Source: Lysobacterales bacterium
GTDB lineage: Bacteria > Pseudomonadota > Gammaproteobacteria > Xanthomonadales > SZUA-5
Reading direction: 5' to 3'
NCBI GenBank assembly: GCA_022844165.1
Contig: JALHMH010000019.1
Span: 20,740 to 84,739, forward strand
DNA: 64,000 nt
Shown: positions 58,784 to 64,000 of the stretch, one piece after another
How the letters are laid out: each line of letters opens with the position of its first letter
How positions within the stretch are numbered: the first letter of the stretch is position 1
The notes under the pieces: generated by a model
Told to the model about the DNA's origin: nothing
Database searches by the model: none
What the model saw: only the letters and a program-made list of their open reading frames with translations
Program-made: the position numbers and the translations under genes

Positions 58784-61615
58784 TTAAGAATTCGATGTCA
58801 GCGCATCGTTGACGAGCGCAGTTTGCTCTTTGACGTGCGTATTGAAATGGCCGCACGCCGGTGCTGGGGAACGCACACGACCCACATAGCGAATCGGCAC
58901 CTGCTCACCGATCGCGGCCTGCAAGTGGTGGCGGATTTGGAACCATGCGCCCTGATTCATCGGCTCTTCCTGGCACCACACGAGTTCTTTGGCGTGAGCG
59001 AAACGCTTCAACTCCGCCGCCACTTCGATGCGTGGAAACGGATAGAGCTGCTCGACTCGCGCGACGGCGACATCGCTCACGCCACGCTTTTCATACTCCT
59101 CAACCAGATCGTAGTAAACCTTGCCACTGCAGAGCACCAGGCGTGTCACCTTGGCGGAATCGATTGCGAGGGTGTCCGGGATCAGCAATTGGAAACCGCC
59201 ATCCTGTAACTCTGCCATTGTCGACGTCGACAGCTTATGGCGCAGCATGCTCTTTGGCGTCATCACGATCAGTGGTTTGCGCACACCGCGCACCATCTGC
59301 CGGCGCAGCATGTGGAACATCTGCGCCGGTGTGGTGGGCACGCACACCTGCATGTTGTCGAGTGCGCACAATTGCAGAAATCGCTCCAGGCGAGCGGAGG
59401 AGTGCTCCGGACCTTGACCTTCGTAGCCGTGCGGCAGGAACAAGGTCAGTCCGCACAAACGGCCCCATTTGGCTTCGCCAGAACTGATGAACTGATCGAT
59501 CACGACCTGCGCGCCATTACAGAAATCGCCAAATTGGCCTTCCCAGATCACCAGGGTCTTTGGATCTGCGGTCGCATAACCGTATTCGAAACCCATCACC
59601 GCTTCCTCGCTGAGCAACGAGTCGATCACGGTGACACGCTCAGGATTGTCGACCAGCGTGCGCAGTGGCATGTGCACCGCGCCGGTGTGCTGATCGTGCA
59701 GCACCGCATGGCGATGAAAGAAGGTCCCGCGGCCGCAGTCTTGTCCGGACAGGCGCAGGTTGTAACCTTCGTCCAACAACGTGGCATAGGCCATCGTCTC
59801 GGCGAAGCCCCAATCCATGCGCAACTCGTCGGCCGCCATCTTGGGGCGATCCTCATAGACTTTGGCGACGCGCGAGTGCAGTTTGAGATCGGGGGGAAGA
59901 CCGTGAATGCGAGCGCTCAGGTCGCGCAGCTTGCCGACCGGGATACCTGTATTGGCGGTGTGGCTTAAGCGCTCGTGCAAATACGGCGACCAGTCGACTG
60001 CTACATGCTTCTGGCCGGGATCGGCGCGCGTCAGCTCGGGCACCACCGGCTCGCCCTGATCGAGCGCATTGCGATAGGCATCCATCATCGCCCTGGCCTC
60101 GCCTTCGGCGATTGACTTTTCGGCTTCCAGCTTGCGCGCGTACAATTCGCGAGTCGTCAGCCGCGAGCGGATGTTCTGGTACATCAACGGTTGCGTCGCC
60201 GCCGGCTCATCGGCTTCGTTGTGACCGTGGCGGCGATAACAAACCAGGTCGATGACCACATCGCGCTTGAAGGTCTGGCGATAATCGAGCGCCAGCTGCG
60301 CGCAATAAACCACGGCCTCCGGGTCGTCGCCGTTGACGTGGAACACCGGCGCTGAAACGATCTTCGCCACATCTGTGCAGTACCGGGTCGACCGGGCGTC
60401 TTGTGGGTGGCTGGTGGTGAAGCCCACCTGATTGTTGATCACGATATGAATGGTGCCGCCGACGCCATAACCGCGCGCCTGCGACATCTGCAGCAGTTCC
60501 ATGACCACGCCTTGCCCAGCGAACGCGGCATCGCCATGGATCAAGATCGGCACGACTTGATTGCGATCGGCATTTTGCCGGCGCGTCTGCCGCGCGCGGA
60601 CGGAACCGGCGACCACCGGATCGATGATTTCCAAGTGCGAGGGATTGAAGCCCAGCGCCAGATGCACTGTGCCACCGGGTGTGGTCACATCGGACGAAAA
60701 CCCCAGGTGGTACTTCACATCGCCCGAGTGCGCCGGGTCGTCGTGGTCGTCATGTTTGCCTTCGAAGGCATCGAACAACTCGCGCGGCGGTTTGCCGAGC
60801 GTGTTGACCAGCACGTTGAGGCGGCCGCGATGCGCCATCCCAATGATCACATCTTTGGCGCCGCCGGTGCCGGCCCGTTGGATCATCTCGTCGATCAGCG
60901 GTATCAAACTGTCGCCGCCTTCCAGCGAAAAGCGCTTCTGGCCAACGTATTTGGTATGCAGATATCGTTCCAGGCCTTCGGCAGCCGTCAGGCGATCGAG
61001 AATGCGTTTGCGTTTCTCTGCGCTGAAACCGTAATGGCCGGCCGGGCCTTCCAGCCGCTCCTGCATCCAACGCCGTTGCGGGTAATCGCTGATATGCATG
61101 TATTCGGCGCCGATCGAGCCGCAGTAACTCGCGGTCAATTGCGCCAGCGCGTCGCGCAGAATGCGGCGCTGCTTGCCCATCAATGAGCCAACGTCGAATT
61201 CGGTGCCGAGGTCGGACTGCGACAGGCCGTGGAACTCGGGCGACAGGTCCGGCACCGACTCGGGTGGTGTCAGGCCCAGCGGATCCAGATTTGCTGCCAG
61301 ATGGCCGCGTGTTCGATAAGCGTTGACCAGTTTCAGCACCGCGCCCTGTTTGGCTTGGTCGGCCGAATGTTCGGCGGTCTGCATCACGACCAGGCCACGC
61401 GCACCGCGCCGCGCAACATCAGCCACCGCATTCATGATTGGTGTATGCGCTACATCGCTTCGACCCGCCGTCTGCAACGAATCGAAATACTGGCGCCATT
61501 TGGTCGGCACAGTCTCGCGATCGGCGAGATAGGCCTCGTAGAGTTCTTCCACGAACGCGGCATTGCCGCCGGAAAGCTGCGAAGTTGCGTACAACTGGTT
61601 CAGGTCAGCAGACAC
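58784..61615 (-). CDS. sucA: 2-oxoglutarate dehydrogenase E1
   Basis: [47 protein letters not shown]; GTG start 61615 inferred. Confidence 0.96.
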   Translation of the reverse strand: MSADLNQLYATSQLSGGNAAFVEELYEAYLADRETVPTKWRQYFDSLQTAGRSDVAHTPIMNAVADVARRGARGLVVMQTAEHSADQAKQGAVLKLVNAYRTRGHLAANLDPLGLTPPESVPDLSPEFHGLSQSDLGTEFDVGSLMGKQRRILRDALAQLTASYCGSIGAEYMHISDYPQRRWMQERLEGPAGHYGFSAEKRKRILDRLTAAEGLERYLHTKYVGQKRFSLEGGDSLIPLIDEMIQRAGTGGAKDVIIGMAHRGRLNVLVNTLGKPPRELFDAFEGKHDDHDDPAHSGDVKYHLGFSSDVTTPGGTVHLALGFNPSHLEIIDPVVAGSVRARQTRRQNADRNQVVPILIHGDAAFAGQGVVMELLQMSQARGYGVGGTIHIVINNQVGFTTSHPQDARSTRYCTDVAKIVSAPVFHVNGDDPEAVVYCAQLALDYRQTFKRDVVIDLVCYRRHGHNEADEPAATQPLMYQNIRSRLTTRELYARKLEAEKSIAEGEARAMMDAYRNALDQGEPVVPELTRADPGQKHVAVDWSPYLHERLSHTANTGIPVGKLRDLSARIHGLPPDLKLHSRVAKVYEDRPKMAADELRMDWGFAETMAYATLLDEGYNLRLSGQDCGRGTFFHRHAVLHDQHTGAVHMPLRTLVDNPERVTVIDSLLSEEAVMGFEYGYATADPKTLVIWEGQFGDFCNGAQVVIDQFISSGEAKWGRLCGLTLFLPHGYEGQGPEHSSARLERFLQLCALDNMQVCVPTTPAQMFHMLRRQMVRGVRKPLIVMTPKSMLRHKLSTSTMAELQDGGFQLLIPDTLAIDSAKVTRLVLCSGKVYYDLVEEYEKRGVSDVAVARVEQLYPFPRIEVAAELKRFAHAKELVWCQEEPMNQGAWFQIRHHLQAAIGEQVPIRYVGRVRSPAPACGHFNTHVKEQTALVNDALTSNS

Positions 61616-61728
61616 GATTGATCGCCGAAAAGTCTGGATTGGGGGCCGCAATGGCAAGCGACCAGTATAACGATGAGCACTGTAATGTCGTCGCGTTCGT
61701 TCAGCGCCGCGAAGGCGAAGAGTTGCCC

Positions 61729-63939
61729 TCAAGATCCGGCGAGTACCAGCCCTCTTGGCATTCGGTAGTCAAAGACAAAGGTCCGGCACGCATCGGCCTC
61801 CAAAGGCCTCGCAAGCCAATAGCCTTGGACTTCGTCGCAGTTTTCGCCGCGAAGGAATCGCAGCTGCTGCTCGGTTTCAACGCCCTCCGCCACAACGCTC
61901 AGGCCCAGCGAGTGGGCCATCAGCACGATCGTCGAAGTCAGCACCTCATCGTCGACATTGTGCTCGATGCCATCGACAAAGCTCTTATCGATCTTGACGG
62001 TGTCGATGGCGAGGCCGCGCAAATAGGAAAGCGAGGAATATCCGGTTCCAAAATCGTCGATCGCGACCTTAACGCCGAGCGAGCGCAAGTCCGCAATGGT
62101 TGCGCTTGCCCGCTTTGGATCGACCATCAGGGCGCTCTCCGTCAGCTCAATCTCCAACCACCCCGGCGACAGCGCCATGTTTTCGAGCACATTCTTCACC
62201 ATCTCCGCGTAACCGCCGCGGGTCAGTTGCACGCTCGATACGTTGACGGCGATGCGGATCTCAGGCAAACCTGAGTCTTTCCATGCCCGCGCCTGGCTCA
62301 AGGCTTGGCGCAGCGCCCATTCTCCAAGTTGGAGGATCAACCCTGTCTCTTCGGCCATCGGTATGAACTTCGATGGCGGTACGTGGCCAAGCTCGGCGGA
62401 GCGCCAGCGCAGCAGCGCTTCTGCCCCTGTGATCCGCCCACTACGCAAGCTGAGCTTGGGCTGATAAACCAGGCGCAATTCGTCGCGATCGAGCGACTTG
62501 CGCAGTGCCGATTCCATGCGCGTGCGATCGGACGCATCCTCAGCCAATCGCGCCGAATAAACGCGATAGGTATTTCGACCGCGCGCTTTGGCGTCATACA
62601 TCGCGGCATCGGCGTTACGAAGCAGGTCGTCGATGGAACGTCCCTGGTCGGGATAGTAGGCGATGCCGATCGATGGCGATATCGCCACCTCCTGACCATC
62701 GACCATCAGGGGGCCGGCAAAGGCGTCCAGAATTTCGGCGCACAAGTTCTCGACAACTTCGGAATTCACATCGCCCGTGATCATGACCGTGAACTCATCG
62801 CCGCCAAATCGTGCGATGTTCTCCTTGTTCCCGACGACATGCGTCAGTCGGCGTGCCGCCTGGCGAAGCAACTCGTCCCCCGCTGCATGACCCAGTGAGT
62901 CGTTAATGTGTTTGAAGCGGTCCAGGTCCAGGAAAGCCAGTGCAAAACGTGTGCTGCCGCCGCTTTCGATTCGCTGGCGTAGCCGGTGACGCAAAAATGC
63001 GCGGTTGGGCAAACCCGTGAGGGCGTCATAGTGCGCCAGATAACGCAGCCGATGCTCGGCACGCTTGCGATCCGTCACATCCGCGATGACGGCCACAAAA
63101 TTGGTCCGTTTGCCCTCTGAGTTCAGCACTTCCGCAATTTGCAGCCAGGCCAGGAAGTCATCGCCAGAACGACGCCGTTGCCACATTTCCCCTGACCAGG
63201 CGCCGCGTCCTTCCAGTTCACGCCTTACGTCTTGATAGAACTGTGCCGAATGCTGACTCGAATCGAGAATCATGGTTGGTTGAGCGAGCAACTCTTCGTT
63301 CGCATAGCCGGTCAACTTCAAAAACGCGGGATTGGCAGAGACGAAGTGATAACTGGTGTCAGTCACTGCAACGCCTTCGAGCATGTGGCGAATGACCGCT
63401 TCGCTGGTGCGCCGCCATGCCTCATCGGCTCTCTCTTGTTCGGCGATGCGATAGATCCCGGCCAATGTTCGTGGTGTCCCGTCCGGATCTCTGGTGACCA
63501 CGCGCCCACGCGCGCGAATCCACACCCAGCTGTTCTTTGCGTCTCGCAGTCGGTATTCGGCCTCGAAGTGCTCGGTTTCCCCACGCACGTGTTGATCCAG
63601 TGCGCCTCCGACCCGGTCTATATCGTCGCGGTGAACGAATCGGTCCCGCCATTCCCGGCCGCTGACGGTGATCTCACGTGCAAATCCCAGCACTGTTTCA
63701 GCGCCGGCTGATTTTAGCTCGTCGCTCTTAATGTCCCAGGTCCAAAAACCGTCGCCGCTACCCCACAATGCCCAGGAGAGGCGTTCGTCCGCGGATCCAA
63801 CGGGTTCCGACCTGGCTTGTGGTCGACGCGACCGGCCGAACGCGAAACCCGCCAGCAGCGCAGCGATCGCCAAAGCTGAAAGCTCGAATGCGGTCACTGA
63901 CGTCCAAGTAAGGTATGCATCGACGGAGTCTAATCTCAC
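61729..63939 (-). CDS. PAS-PAS-GGDEF-EAL c-di-GMP signalling protein
   Basis: N-terminal TM, two PAS domains, RFGGDEF, AEALLRW, DDFGTGYSS; start uncertain. Confidence 0.92.
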   Translation of the reverse strand: MRLDSVDAYLTWTSVTAFELSALAIAALLAGFAFGRSRRPQARSEPVGSADERLSWALWGSGDGFWTWDIKSDELKSAGAETVLGFAREITVSGREWRDRFVHRDDIDRVGGALDQHVRGETEHFEAEYRLRDAKNSWVWIRARGRVVTRDPDGTPRTLAGIYRIAEQERADEAWRRTSEAVIRHMLEGVAVTDTSYHFVSANPAFLKLTGYANEELLAQPTMILDSSQHSAQFYQDVRRELEGRGAWSGEMWQRRRSGDDFLAWLQIAEVLNSEGKRTNFVAVIADVTDRKRAEHRLRYLAHYDALTGLPNRAFLRHRLRQRIESGGSTRFALAFLDLDRFKHINDSLGHAAGDELLRQAARRLTHVVGNKENIARFGGDEFTVMITGDVNSEVVENLCAEILDAFAGPLMVDGQEVAISPSIGIAYYPDQGRSIDDLLRNADAAMYDAKARGRNTYRVYSARLAEDASDRTRMESALRKSLDRDELRLVYQPKLSLRSGRITGAEALLRWRSAELGHVPPSKFIPMAEETGLILQLGEWALRQALSQARAWKDSGLPEIRIAVNVSSVQLTRGGYAEMVKNVLENMALSPGWLEIELTESALMVDPKRASATIADLRSLGVKVAIDDFGTGYSSLSYLRGLAIDTVKIDKSFVDGIEHNVDDEVLTSTIVLMAHSLGLSVVAEGVETEQQLRFLRGENCDEVQGYWLARPLEADACRTFVFDYRMPRGLVLAGS

Positions 63940-64000
63940 CGCGGCCCGCTTGAACCTGAGAATCAGTCACTTTGTGTCGACAAACTGCGTTTCCGCTTAA

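Overview
GC-rich gammaproteobacterial chromosome segment; gene content and order suggest Xanthomonadales/Lysobacterales (inference). The backbone is housekeeping: btaAB, degS-like protease, petABC, ppnN, ompW, dcp, class I fumarase, greB, exbBD, hemW-rdgB, ivd, creD-tsaB, plsY-birA, degQ-aroE, efpL, sucAB-lpdA and a PAS-GGDEF-EAL gene. Embedded in it are several accessory modules. (1) A translationally coupled four-gene operon (17045-21389): coiled-coil protein, a membrane protein with an apparent longin-like cytoplasmic domain plus BON/OmpA-like periplasmic domains, a Rab-like small GTPase, and a soluble hybrid histidine kinase. (2) A lasso-peptide-type RiPP cluster (35748-39289) with a short precursor gene (predicted core GGSLGTGDSGSPRTQRR), an HPr-kinase-like tailoring enzyme and split B1/B2 proteins. 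It lies directly downstream of a DUF1838-like protein, a Tat flavin oxidase and a TonB receptor, behind a perfect 26-bp palindrome. (3) An ECF sigma/Ser-Thr kinase island with two phosphorylation-type ECFs. (4) A DAK2-DegV fusion coupled to plsY. Non-coding signals include a four-copy dispersed ~75-bp repeat, a candidate sRNA, and FNR-, Zur- and YtrA-type operators. I saw no rRNA, tRNA, CRISPR array, integrase or transposase. All calls come from motif recognition by eye; no database searches were run.
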